Shown here: one piece after another, positions 39,793-48,323 of the stretch | How positions within the stretch are numbered: the stretch's first letter is position 1 | Layout of the letters: each line of letters opens with the position of its first letter | Notes under the pieces: model-generated | Databases searched by the model: none | What the model saw: only the letters and a program-made list of their open reading frames with translations | What the model was told of the DNA's origin: nothing | Program-made: the position numbers and the translations under genes | DNA from: Chloroflexota bacterium | GTDB lineage: Bacteria > Chloroflexota > UBA11872 > VXOZ01 | DNA length: 64,000 nucleotides | Assembly: GCA_963662335.2 (NCBI GenBank) | Contig: CAXXVD010000002.1 | Location: 96,001 to 160,000 of the forward strand | Reading direction: 5' to 3'

Positions 39793-39939
39793 CTGACAGG
39801 GGTAGGTAGATGTCATTCCGAGCGCAGCGAGGAATCTAGGAATGCTGATCGCGCAGGGCGGTGCTATAGATTCCTCACTCCGCTGCGCTCCGTTCGGAAT
39901 GACAGGTGACGCCGACTGTAGAATACCTACCCCTGTCAG
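39793..39939. mobile_element. 147-bp MITE inserted in a family F REP (CCCTCACCCCGGCCCTCTCCC...GGGAGAGGG)
   Basis: Perfect 16-bp TIR CTGACAGGGGTAGGTA; perfect 11-bp TSD CAGCGGGAGAG (39782-39792, 39940-39950); carries a family C REP. Confidence 0.85.
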
Positions 39940-39972
39940 CAGCGGGAGAGGGAGCGCGGCTAAACCCTTCAA

Positions 39973-40052
39973 AGTGAAACGCCGACTGAGTGAGACACCG
40001 ACCAAGTGAGACGCCGACTGAGTGAAACACCGACCAAGTGAGACACCGACGG
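39973..40052. repeat. 5 x 16-bp tandem repeat (AGTGARACRCCGACYR)
   Basis: Units at 39973, 39989, 40005, 40021 and 40037, ending just before the thrC-like RBS. Confidence 0.85.
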
Positions 40053-40072
40053 ATGGAAGAGGATACCGACCT

Positions 40073-41335
40073 ATGAACAACGTGGAAAGGATACGCGGCC
40101 TGAAGTGCCGGGAATGCGGCGAGCGCTACGACGTGCAGCCGACGCACGTCTGCGCCTTCTGCTTTGGCCCGTTGGAAGTGGAGTACGATTACGACGCCAT
40201 TCGCGAGCTAACCAGCCGCGAGAAGATCGCGCAGGGGCCGGTCTCGCTGTGGCGCTACAAGGACCTGCTGCCCGTGGAGCGGGGCGAGGACCTGAACTGG
40301 CGGGTGGGGTTCACCCCCTTGCAGCCCGCGCCGAACCTGGGCAAGGCGCTGGGACTCAAAGAGCTTTACGTCAAGAACGATAGCGTGAACCCGACGTTCT
40401 CGTTCAAAGACCGGGTGGTTTCGGTGGCGGTCGCAAAGGCGAAGGAGTTTGGGTTCGACACGTTCGCCTGCGCTTCCACCGGCAACCTGGCCAGCGCGAC
40501 CGCCGCCGCCGGTGTGCGCAACGGCCTGCGCACGTTCGTCTTCCTGCCCCACACCGTGGAGCACGGCAAGGTGGTGAACGCGGCAGTCTACGGCGCGACC
40601 CTGGTATCGGTGGAAGGCACCTACGACGAACTGAACCGCCTTTGCAGCGAACTGGCCGACCGTTACTCGTGGGCCTTCGTGAACATCAATATCCGCCCCT
40701 TCTATTCGGAAGGCTCAAAAACGCTGGCGTTCGAGGTGGTGGAGCAACTCGGCTGGCGCGCGCCGGACCACGTGGTGGCGCCGATCGCCTCCGGCTCACT
40801 CTACTCCAAGGTCTACAAGGGGCTGAACGAACTCTATAAAGTCGGCCTGCTGGAGGGCGCGCCGCACACGCGCATCTCGGGCGCGCAGGGCGAGGGATGC
40901 AGTCCGGTGGCGCAGGCCTACGCGGCCAATACCACCGCCATCCGGCCCGTGAAGTTGCCGACGACGATTGCCCATTCGCTGGCGATCGGCAATCCCGCCG
41001 ACGGCTACTACGCCGTCAAGATTGCCCAGGACACCGGCGGCGTCATCGAGTCCGTGACCGACGAAGAGGTGGTGGAGGCGATCCAGTTGCTGGCCTCCAC
41101 GGAAGGCGTCTTTACTGAGCCGGCCGGCGGTGTGACGATCGCGACCCTCAAGAAACTGGCGGAGAGCGGGCAGATCGCGCCGGACGAGGTGACGGTGGCC
41201 TACGTGACCGGCAACGGCCTCAAGGCGCAAGAGGCGGTGTCGGACTCGCTCGACTTGACGATACGGGTTGCGCCGCACGTCGAATCATTCGAGGCGGCTT
41301 TGGCAGGACTGGAACGCGCGCCGGTGGCGGTGTGA
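40073..41335 (+). CDS. threonine synthase family PLP enzyme (probably O-phosphohomoserine sulfhydrylase-type)
   Basis: N-terminal CxxC...CxxC; 'NPTFSFKDR' PLP lysine; 'ASTGN'; 'TGNGLK'. Confidence 0.85.
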   Translation: MNNVERIRGLKCRECGERYDVQPTHVCAFCFGPLEVEYDYDAIRELTSREKIAQGPVSLWRYKDLLPVERGEDLNWRVGFTPLQPAPNLGKALGLKELYVKNDSVNPTFSFKDRVVSVAVAKAKEFGFDTFACASTGNLASATAAAGVRNGLRTFVFLPHTVEHGKVVNAAVYGATLVSVEGTYDELNRLCSELADRYSWAFVNINIRPFYSEGSKTLAFEVVEQLGWRAPDHVVAPIASGSLYSKVYKGLNELYKVGLLEGAPHTRISGAQGEGCSPVAQAYAANTTAIRPVKLPTTIAHSLAIGNPADGYYAVKIAQDTGGVIESVTDEEVVEAIQLLASTEGVFTEPAGGVTIATLKKLAESGQIAPDEVTVAYVTGNGLKAQEAVSDSLDLTIRVAPHVESFEAALAGLERAPVAV

Positions 41336-41446
41336 TTCCTCCAAGACGGTTGGCTGAGCGAATGAGTCACGTCCGTGCCGAGCGCTGGGCGAAGCGCCTC
41401 TCGAAACATAGACAGCCCTTCGACAGGCTCAGGGCGAACGGAATCC

Positions 41447-41534
41447 GTGCAGCCAACTCTCTGGAATTGCGCAGCTAGTTTTCAGGACTTGTGCAGCCAA
41501 CTGCCTGGATTTGTGCAGTGAACTCCCTCGTGAA
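41447..41534. repeat. 4 x 22-bp degenerate direct repeats
   Basis: GTGCAGCCAACTCTCTGGAATT / GCGCAGCTAGTTTTCAGGACTT / GTGCAGCCAACTGCCTGGATTT / GTGCAGTGAACT... Confidence 0.65.
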
Positions 41535-41563
41535 CAGATGATTAGGAAGGAAAAGGGCACGCA

Positions 41564-41848
41564 ATGGCAAATGCGGTAAAGATTCCCACCCCGCTCCGCC
41601 CCCTGGCCGGCGGCAAGGCCGAGGTCACGGTGGAGGGCGCGGGCACCATCGACGAACTGATTACCAAATTGGACGAGGCCCACGAAGGCTTCAAGGCGCG
41701 CATGTGCGACGACGACGGCGAACTGCGCCGCTTCATCAACATCTACGTGCGCGGCGAGGACATCCGCTTCATGGACGGCCTGGCGACACCGCTCAGCGAC
41801 GGCGATGAGGTCTCGATCGTGCCCGCCGTCTCCGGCGGCGCGGTTTAG
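41564..41848 (+). CDS. MoaD/ThiS (CysO-like) sulfur carrier protein
   Basis: 'VKIPTPLR...LRRFINIYV..EDIRF...IVPAVSGG' followed by AV. Confidence 0.9.
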   Translation: MANAVKIPTPLRPLAGGKAEVTVEGAGTIDELITKLDEAHEGFKARMCDDDGELRRFINIYVRGEDIRFMDGLATPLSDGDEVSIVPAVSGGAV

Positions 41849-41892
41849 AACACACGATTCGCCCGCAATGCAGCGAGCACAAGGAGATGCCC

Positions 41893-42684
41893 ATGGCGAG
41901 CAAAGTGGCGGCGCAGATGTACACCGTGCGGGACCATACCAAGACGCGCGAGGGTCTGGCCGAATCGCTCCGCAAGATTAGCCAAATGGGGTACGAGGCG
42001 GCCCAGTTTTCGGCGGTGGGCGCATTGGAGAACGGCAGCCCCGAGCTTACGGTGCACGAGGCCAAGCAGATGCTGGACGACAACGGCATTCGCTGCATTG
42101 CCACGCACCGCAGTTGGGACGACCTGGCCAACAACACCCAGGCGGAGATTGACTTCCACGGCGTGCTGGAATGCGATTACGTCGCCATTGGCGGCATTCC
42201 GCAGCCCTACCGCAGCCAGGGCGAGGCGGGCTACCGCGCCTTCCTGGAGGCGGCGCGGCCGGTTATCCAGAAGCTCAAGGCCGGCGGCCTGACCTTCGGC
42301 TACCACAACCACGCCCACGAGTTCGAGCGCATCGCGCCCGGCCCCAAGACTCTGATCGACATCTTCATCGAGGAGGGTGGGCCGGACTTCACCCTGGAGT
42401 TCGACGTCTATTGGGTGGCGCACGCCGGGGCCAATCCGGCGCGGCTGCTGGCGCAAGCCGCCGGCCGGGTGCCGGTGATCCACGCCAAGGATAAGGAAGT
42501 GGACGCCAAAGAGGGGCCGGTGATGTGTCCGGTGGGCGAGGGCAACCTGGACTGGGACGGCATCATCGCGGCCGGTGACGCGGCGGGGGTGCAGTGGTAC
42601 GCCGTGGAGCAGGACACGTGCCGGCGCGATCCGTTCGACTGCTTGCGGTCGAGCCTGGAGTTTCTTACGGCGAAGGGCGTGTAG
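41893..42684 (+). CDS. sugar phosphate isomerase/epimerase family protein
   Basis: 'QMYTVRD', 'YHNHAHEF', 'EFDVYW', 'HAKD', 'VEQD'. Confidence 0.88.
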   Translation: MASKVAAQMYTVRDHTKTREGLAESLRKISQMGYEAAQFSAVGALENGSPELTVHEAKQMLDDNGIRCIATHRSWDDLANNTQAEIDFHGVLECDYVAIGGIPQPYRSQGEAGYRAFLEAARPVIQKLKAGGLTFGYHNHAHEFERIAPGPKTLIDIFIEEGGPDFTLEFDVYWVAHAGANPARLLAQAAGRVPVIHAKDKEVDAKEGPVMCPVGEGNLDWDGIIAAGDAAGVQWYAVEQDTCRRDPFDCLRSSLEFLTAKGV

Positions 42685-42732
42685 AGAAGGCGTGAAATAC
42701 CGGCAGCCGTTCATCCTTCGACAAGCTCAGGA

Positions 42733-42907
42733 CGAACGGCTGCCTTTTTGGTCCAACCGAACGGCTGCCTTTTTGGTCCAACCGAACGGCTGCCTTTTTG
42801 GTCCAACCGAACGGCTGCCTTTTTGGTCCAACCGAACGGTTGCCTGCTTGGCACATCCGATCGGCTGCCCTATTGGCTCAACCGAACGGCTGCCTTCTTG
42901 GTCATCC
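42733..42907. repeat. 7 x 25-bp tandem repeat (CGAACGGCTGCCTTTTTGGTCCAAC) continuing from a family D REP
   Basis: Four perfect units from 42733, then three degenerate units. Confidence 0.9.
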
Positions 42908-42962
42908 GCCTGAGTCTTGGCAATTTGAGTGTTGGAATCCCGCGCAGGCGGCGGACGCCCGT

Positions 42963-43274
42963 TCACACGCGCACGTAGCGGCCGGCGTCCAGGACGAAGG
43001 CGATGCCGCGGTTGTCGCCGGTCTGGCCGCTGCCGGTGAGGGGCTGGCCGCTGACGTGCTCGCGGATCACGTCCAGGGTTTCATCGACTTGGCCGGCCGG
43101 CACGCCGACCAGCAGGGTCACGTTGCCCCGGCGCAGAAAGCCGCCGGCCGTGTTGATGCGCGTGTTGCCGACGCGCCGCTTGACCAGTTCTGCCACGATC
43201 GCGTTCGCGTCGTCGTTGCGCACAACGGCGATGATGAGTTTCTCTACCTGGGGTTGTTGCGGTTGGGACTGCAT
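42963..43274 (-). CDS. cyclic-di-AMP receptor (PstA/DarA, PII-like)
   Basis: 'KLIIAVVRNDDA...TAGGFLRRGNVTLLVGV'; short B-loop. Confidence 0.8.
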   Translation of the reverse strand: MQSQPQQPQVEKLIIAVVRNDDANAIVAELVKRRVGNTRINTAGGFLRRGNVTLLVGVPAGQVDETLDVIREHVSGQPLTGSGQTGDNRGIAFVLDAGRYVRV

Positions 43275-43420
43275 CCCGGACCTCCGGTTGCCGGCCGGCG
43301 GCAACGGCTTAAGCCGCCTCCCGCTCTGCGCGCTCTCCCGCGCGCGCTAGGCGCGCTACGGCAAGGTATGCGCAAGCGAGGATGGTGGGCATAGGTGAAT
43401 CGATACGCGCGTCTGCTGCT

Positions 43421-43497
43421 TGGTCGGGGCGGGCGGATTTGAACCGCCGGCCTCAGCGTCCCGAACGCTGCGCTCTACCAGGCTGAGCCACGCCCCG
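43421..43497 (-). tRNA. tRNA-Pro (CGG)
   Basis: CGGGGCGTGGCTCAGCCTGGTAGAGCGCAGCG-TTCGGGA-CGCTG...GGTTCAAATCC...CCCCGACCA. Confidence 0.97.
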
Positions 43498-43934
43498 CTT
43501 ACTAAGCCATTCTAGCAGGTCTGGCCGCGCGCCTCAATAGCCGCTGGGAAACGGAAGCGGCAGACCGCGGCCGGATGGCATTCGCGGCGGCGCGGTTCAA
43601 CTTGCCGGTTCGCTTCTCTTCATCATTGCCGTTCTTCGTCGTCCCGTGTGCTTCTGGTTGTCCCTTGCGCCTCTGGTCGTCCTGTGCACTTAATGTCGCT
43701 CCGCGCGTCACTTGACTTCCCGAGCGCCTCTTGTCATTCCGAGCGCAGCGAGGAATCTACTGGAGTGCGCGCTCTAGATTCTTCGTCGCTGCGCTCCTCA
43801 GAATGACAGATTGAGAGGCCGCGTTGAGCGTGCGCCGCCAAACGGGCGTCTCGCCTGGGTTGCAGTATGATAAGGATGCAAGCAATTGCGACGACACATG
43901 GCAACTGCAAATTGCAACCACAAGGAGGGGCACG

Positions 43935-44873
43935 GTGAAAGCGGACTTTCTCGAGCGTCTGGCGCAGGGGCCGCTGCTGGGCGACGGCGCGTATTACCTG
44001 GAACTGGAGCGGCGGGTGGTGGGCAGTTACGCCTCGCACATTCCCATGGCCGTGTTGGACTACCCGGAAGCCGTGTTGGAGATGCACCACGAGTTTGCCC
44101 GGGCCGGCGCGGAACTCTTGCAGGCCATGTCCTGGGGCGTGCGTCCCTTTGGGCGTGAGGCCGAACTGCACCGGGCGGCGGTGGAGTTGGCGCGGGAGGC
44201 CGCCGGGCCGGAGCGCTACGTGGCCGGCACCATCAGCCAGTTCATCTACTCCGGCTCGTCCAAGTGGGCGCCGCTGACCGCCGACGAGCGCAAACGGGCG
44301 CAGGAGTTCTTCGCCCGGCGGGTTGCAGAGCAGATGGACCCCGCGGTGGACGTCTTCATCGTGGAGACCTTCTATTCGGTGGAGGAGGCGAGCCTGGCGA
44401 TTCCGTTCGTCAAGGAAGCGGGCGTGCCGGCGGTGGTCACGCTCACCTACCGTGACAGCGAGTTCACCCGTGACGGCTACGACCCGGTGGAGGCGGCAAA
44501 GCGCCTGGTTGACAACGGCGCCGACGTGGTGGGGCTGAACTGCATGAGGCCCTGGCAGACCATGAACGAGATGGCCCGGCGCATCCGCGCGGCGGTCTCC
44601 GTGCCCATGTGCGTCCAGCCGACCGCCTATCAACTGGAACCGGGCGAGGTCTTCACCCAGGCCATCAGCCGCGCCGGCCTCTATCCCAGCGTGGAGCCGC
44701 GCGTGCTCTCCCGCTTCGTGATGGCGGAGTACGCCAAGGAGGCGGAGGGCGTCGGCATCGAATTCATCGGCGCGTGCTGCGGCGCGCTGCCCTACCACGT
44801 GCGCGCCATGGCCGAGGCGCTGGGCAAGCCGGTGGGCCTGCCGGACGCCAAACGCGGCTACCAGGTGCAATAG
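43935..44873 (+). CDS. homocysteine S-methyltransferase family (BHMT-like)
   Basis: 'LLGDGA', 'HHEFARAGA', 'VGLNC', 'IGACCG' Zn ligands; GTG start behind AAGGAGG. Confidence 0.85.
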   Translation: MKADFLERLAQGPLLGDGAYYLELERRVVGSYASHIPMAVLDYPEAVLEMHHEFARAGAELLQAMSWGVRPFGREAELHRAAVELAREAAGPERYVAGTISQFIYSGSSKWAPLTADERKRAQEFFARRVAEQMDPAVDVFIVETFYSVEEASLAIPFVKEAGVPAVVTLTYRDSEFTRDGYDPVEAAKRLVDNGADVVGLNCMRPWQTMNEMARRIRAAVSVPMCVQPTAYQLEPGEVFTQAISRAGLYPSVEPRVLSRFVMAEYAKEAEGVGIEFIGACCGALPYHVRAMAEALGKPVGLPDAKRGYQVQ

Positions 44874-45024
44874 GCCGGCGCGTCAGAGCGCGCTCGCGCG
44901 GCGCTACGTTGGTAGAACGCACGACTCGGTCTGCGGCTAGACTGTCTGCCCAGAGGGGGTGATAGCGCGGCAGCGCGTGTGGTATAAAGAGAGTGGAAAA
45001 GTTGGTGCGCAGGGAGAACGCGCG

Positions 45025-45276
45025 GTGGCGATAACGGAGCAATCGAGCACAATTGGGGAACGAATAAGCCGCATCGAGGGCGGCTACGAACACCTGGCAA
45101 CCAAGGCCGACGTTGCGGAAGTCAAGGCAGAAATCGCAGACGTGAAGTCCGAGTTGAAGAGTGAAATCGCCGAGGTGCGCGGGGATATTCGCGGTATAAA
45201 GTGGTGGGTCATTTCCATCGGCTCTGCCGCCGTTATACTCTCGGCGCTGGCCCAGATGCTGCCGCTCGGCGGCTGA
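45025..45276 (+). CDS. CCDC90/DUF1640-like coiled-coil membrane-anchored protein, copy 1
   Basis: 'HLATKADV', coiled coil, C-terminal TM 'KWWVISIGSAAVILSAL'. Confidence 0.75.
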   Translation: MAITEQSSTIGERISRIEGGYEHLATKADVAEVKAEIADVKSELKSEIAEVRGDIRGIKWWVISIGSAAVILSALAQMLPLGG

Positions 45277-45312
45277 ATTCCACATGCAGGCACGGACACT
45301 GGAGATTGAACG

Positions 45313-45618
45313 ATGGCAACGACGGAACAAGCAACTTCCCTCGGAGAACGGGTCAGCCGCATCGAGGGCGGCTACGAACACCTGGCGACCAAGGCCGATC
45401 TTGCGCGCGTGGAAACTGAAATGGCGCAGATGCGGTCTGAATTGAAGACCGAGATTGGGGACGTGCGGTCTGAATTGAAGACTGAGATTGGCGACCTGCG
45501 GTCCGAAGTTGCCGGGGTGCGCGGGGACATTCGCGGCATAAAGTGGTGGATCATCTCCATTGGCTCTGCCGCCGTTATACTCTCGGCGCTGGCCCAGATG
45601 CTACCGCTCGGCGGCTGA
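45313..45618 (+). CDS. CCDC90/DUF1640-like protein, copy 2
   Basis: Same ends as copy 1; extra 11-aa repeats 'RSELKTEIGDV/L'. Confidence 0.8.
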   Translation: MATTEQATSLGERVSRIEGGYEHLATKADLARVETEMAQMRSELKTEIGDVRSELKTEIGDLRSEVAGVRGDIRGIKWWIISIGSAAVILSALAQMLPLGG

Positions 45619-45652
45619 ACCCTGCGCAGAACTTCACATTGGAGAGCAAACT

Positions 45653-45925
45653 ATGGCCACGACGGAGCAGACGACATCGCTCGGAGAACGGGTAAGCCGC
45701 ATCGAGGGCGGCTATGAGCACCTGGCAACCAAGGCCGACGTTGCGGAAGTTAAGGCAGAAATCGCAGACGTGAGAGTCGAGATCTCAGACGTGAAGTCCG
45801 AGTTGAAGAGTGAAATCGCCGAGGTGCGCGGGGACATTCGCGGCATAAAGTGGTGGATCATCTCTATCGGTTCTGCCGCCGTTGTACTCTCGGCGCTGGC
45901 CCAAATGCTGCCGCTCGGCGGCTAG
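45653..45925 (+). CDS. CCDC90/DUF1640-like protein, copy 3
   Basis: Copy 1 plus a 7-aa insertion 'RVEISDV'. Confidence 0.8.
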   Translation: MATTEQTTSLGERVSRIEGGYEHLATKADVAEVKAEIADVRVEISDVKSELKSEIAEVRGDIRGIKWWIISIGSAAVVLSALAQMLPLGG

Positions 45926-46227
45926 AACCCGAGCCCCGTTTTCGCACCTCCGCACGGCGCATCGCCCAGACGTAGCAAACCGCCAAGCGCCAAGCCGCGC
46001 TCAGCGGCAGGGCGCCGAGCGCCATCATCCAATCTCCCCGCCGCGGCCCAATTACTGGTTATCTTGACAGCATTTCGCCATAGGAATTAGAGTGTACACA
46101 GCGTGCAGTGGCGCGGCAGGGAGCGGCGCGCAGAGCGTTGCCACGGGGTGTTCATTGTCGGAACCGTAGCCGCGACTGTACGTAGAATTAGTGTGTAGTT
46201 TCAACAGCGCCAGCAGGAGGCACAGAA

Positions 46228-47655
46228 ATGTCCAAACGTGAAGAACTGCAATTGACCCGGCGCGGGCTGCTTGCCGGCGCCGGCTTGACCGGAGCCGGTT
46301 TGTTGCTGGCGGCCTGCGGACAGGCAGCGGTGGGCGCGCCCGAGGCCGCCCAGGAAGAAGCGGCGGAAGAGGCCAAGCCAAAGGCGGAAGAGCAGGCGGC
46401 CCCCAAGGAGGCGGTGCACATCCGCTACGGCACCTGGCTCAACGCCCGCCAGCTTGAGAATTATCCGGAGACCCTGGTCGCGCCGTTCGAAGAGTTGCAT
46501 CCCGGCGTCACGGTGGAAGTCATCCACAACATGCACGCCTACCAGGAGTCGTTCCGCACGGCGTTCGCGGCCGGCGAGCAACCCGATGCCGCCTGGGAAG
46601 GGGATAACGCCACCTATCTGCTGGGGTACTTCGTCGATCTCGCCGATTACATCAAGCGGGACAACTTCGACCTGAGCCACTATCCGCAGCACATCTTCAA
46701 TTCCATCAGCCGCATCCGCAACGAGATCGTCAGTCTCCCCAACCAGACCGGCGGCAACATGATGGCGCTGCCGTACAACCGGGAAATCATCGAGAAGGCC
46801 GGTCTCAATGAGCCGTCCGCCACCTGGGGCGACCCGGAGTGGACGTGGGACGCCTACATCGACATGGCGAAGAAGACCACCGTCACCGAGGGCGGCAGCA
46901 TCGCGACGATGGGCGCTTCCAACATGGGCACCGGCGCGCTGGTGGGCAACCTGCCCTTCCTCTGGGGCGGCCAGTGGGTCTCCGACGACCGCCGCACGGC
47001 CGTGTGCGACAGCCCGGAGACGATGTCGTGCTACAGCGATTACTTCTCGATGGTGCACGAGCACGGCGCCATGCTCAAGCCGGGCCAGGGCGCGGACCTC
47101 TTTGGCGAGGGCAGCATCGTCAAGCTCTTCTACCAGGGCAAGTTGGGCTTCCTGAATACGCTCTCCAGCGGCACGTTCGGCGACATGATGCAGCGCATCC
47201 GCGACGAAGATCTGCCCATCGACTTCGCGCCCTTGCCGACGGTGATGACGACGGCCTCGTTCCAATGGACGGACGCCAACGGCGTCGTGACCAATGCGGA
47301 CCACCCCGAGGAAGCGTGGCAGTACGTTGCCTGGCAGGGCAGCACCCTGAATTGGGCCGTGGGCAAAGGCACGATTCCGATGCGCGCCGACCTCATGGAG
47401 GAATGGGCCAACGAGACCTTCCCCGACCTGAAAGACAAGGTGCGGCTCGAGGTCATCATCGACGTGCTCAACCACCCCGGCGGCTACGATCCCGGCTGGG
47501 TGGTACCGAACTTCGCGTTCAGCGGCTCCGCGGAGGTGAAAGACTGGCTCAAGGCGGTCTACGCCGGCACCGCCGAAGTGGAAGCCGGCCTGCTGGCGCT
47601 GAAGCCGCAGATCCAGGCCATCCTCGACGACACGGAGGAGAAGTACAAGGGGTAA
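46228..47655 (+). CDS. ABC transporter extracellular solute-binding lipoprotein (family 1), Tat-exported
   Basis: 'TRRGLL', lipobox LAAC; paralog of 30728-32140 ('LPNQTGG'/'LPNQSGG', 'DPEWT'/'DPDWT'). Confidence 0.88.
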   Translation: MSKREELQLTRRGLLAGAGLTGAGLLLAACGQAAVGAPEAAQEEAAEEAKPKAEEQAAPKEAVHIRYGTWLNARQLENYPETLVAPFEELHPGVTVEVIHNMHAYQESFRTAFAAGEQPDAAWEGDNATYLLGYFVDLADYIKRDNFDLSHYPQHIFNSISRIRNEIVSLPNQTGGNMMALPYNREIIEKAGLNEPSATWGDPEWTWDAYIDMAKKTTVTEGGSIATMGASNMGTGALVGNLPFLWGGQWVSDDRRTAVCDSPETMSCYSDYFSMVHEHGAMLKPGQGADLFGEGSIVKLFYQGKLGFLNTLSSGTFGDMMQRIRDEDLPIDFAPLPTVMTTASFQWTDANGVVTNADHPEEAWQYVAWQGSTLNWAVGKGTIPMRADLMEEWANETFPDLKDKVRLEVIIDVLNHPGGYDPGWVVPNFAFSGSAEVKDWLKAVYAGTAEVEAGLLALKPQIQAILDDTEEKYKG

Positions 47656-47799
47656 AGTGCTGGGCGGTGAGAAGCATCCTCGCCGCTTGCCACCTGCAAG
47701 TCTATCTGCGTCCGGCCCCGGCGTGTCACATTGGCGCTGGGGCGGGCGCGCCGGTGTAAACGACAAGACTGACTGGCCGTTTACATGGCAGTGCCGGCA

Positions 47800-47841
47800 A
47801 AACAGGGCATCACGCGAGAAGTTTGGTGATGCCCTGTTTTG
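47800..47841. terminator. bidirectional terminator-like hairpin
   Basis: AAAACAGGGCATCAC...GTGATGCCCTGTTTT. Confidence 0.6.
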
Positions 47842-47944
47842 ATTTGTGCAAGAGCTACCGTCATACCGTAGACCGCCCTACCATTGAAAGCGGCTGTGCT
47901 ATACTAGTCGCAAGACATATGACTTGAGACGGAGAAACTGAGCA

Positions 47945-48166
47945 ATGTCCGTCGACGCAGAGTTCATAATTCTTCTCGTAACTATGGTCGTTGCAATCGC
48001 GGGATTGCTGTGGCGCTTCGAAACGAGATTCTCCAATCTATCCGACCGGGTTTCTCGGATTGAGGGCAGACTGGACAGTTTCGCAACGAAGGCCGACATT
48101 GCCAGGTTGGAGGGATTGCTGGAAGGCTATCTCATGCGAGCGGGCAGTAAGGAGCAGGATGCATAA
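47945..48166 (+). CDS. small membrane protein with a 'FATKAD' coiled-coil motif
   Basis: N-terminal TM, then 'DRVSRIEG...FATKADIARLEG'; GGAG upstream. Confidence 0.65.
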   Translation: MSVDAEFIILLVTMVVAIAGLLWRFETRFSNLSDRVSRIEGRLDSFATKADIARLEGLLEGYLMRAGSKEQDA

Positions 48167-48323
48167 GCCACTCGCCGCGCCGACGTGCGAGCACTTCATA
48201 CGGTCTTTCGAATAGAATGTAGGGGCACGGCATGCCGTGCCCCTACGCATGTTAAGGGGGCTTTTCCCGCTATTGGATTTTCGACCAAGTGCAAGTTGCA
48301 ATTAGGAGAGGAGACTCTTCCCA

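Noticed and set aside
42733-42907. CRISPR array
   Set aside because: The 25-bp units are directly adjacent with no unique spacers, and no cas genes are present in the window.
43421-43497. tRNA-Pro as the integration site of an island
   Set aside because: No integrase nearby and no duplicated tRNA 3' end seen in the window.
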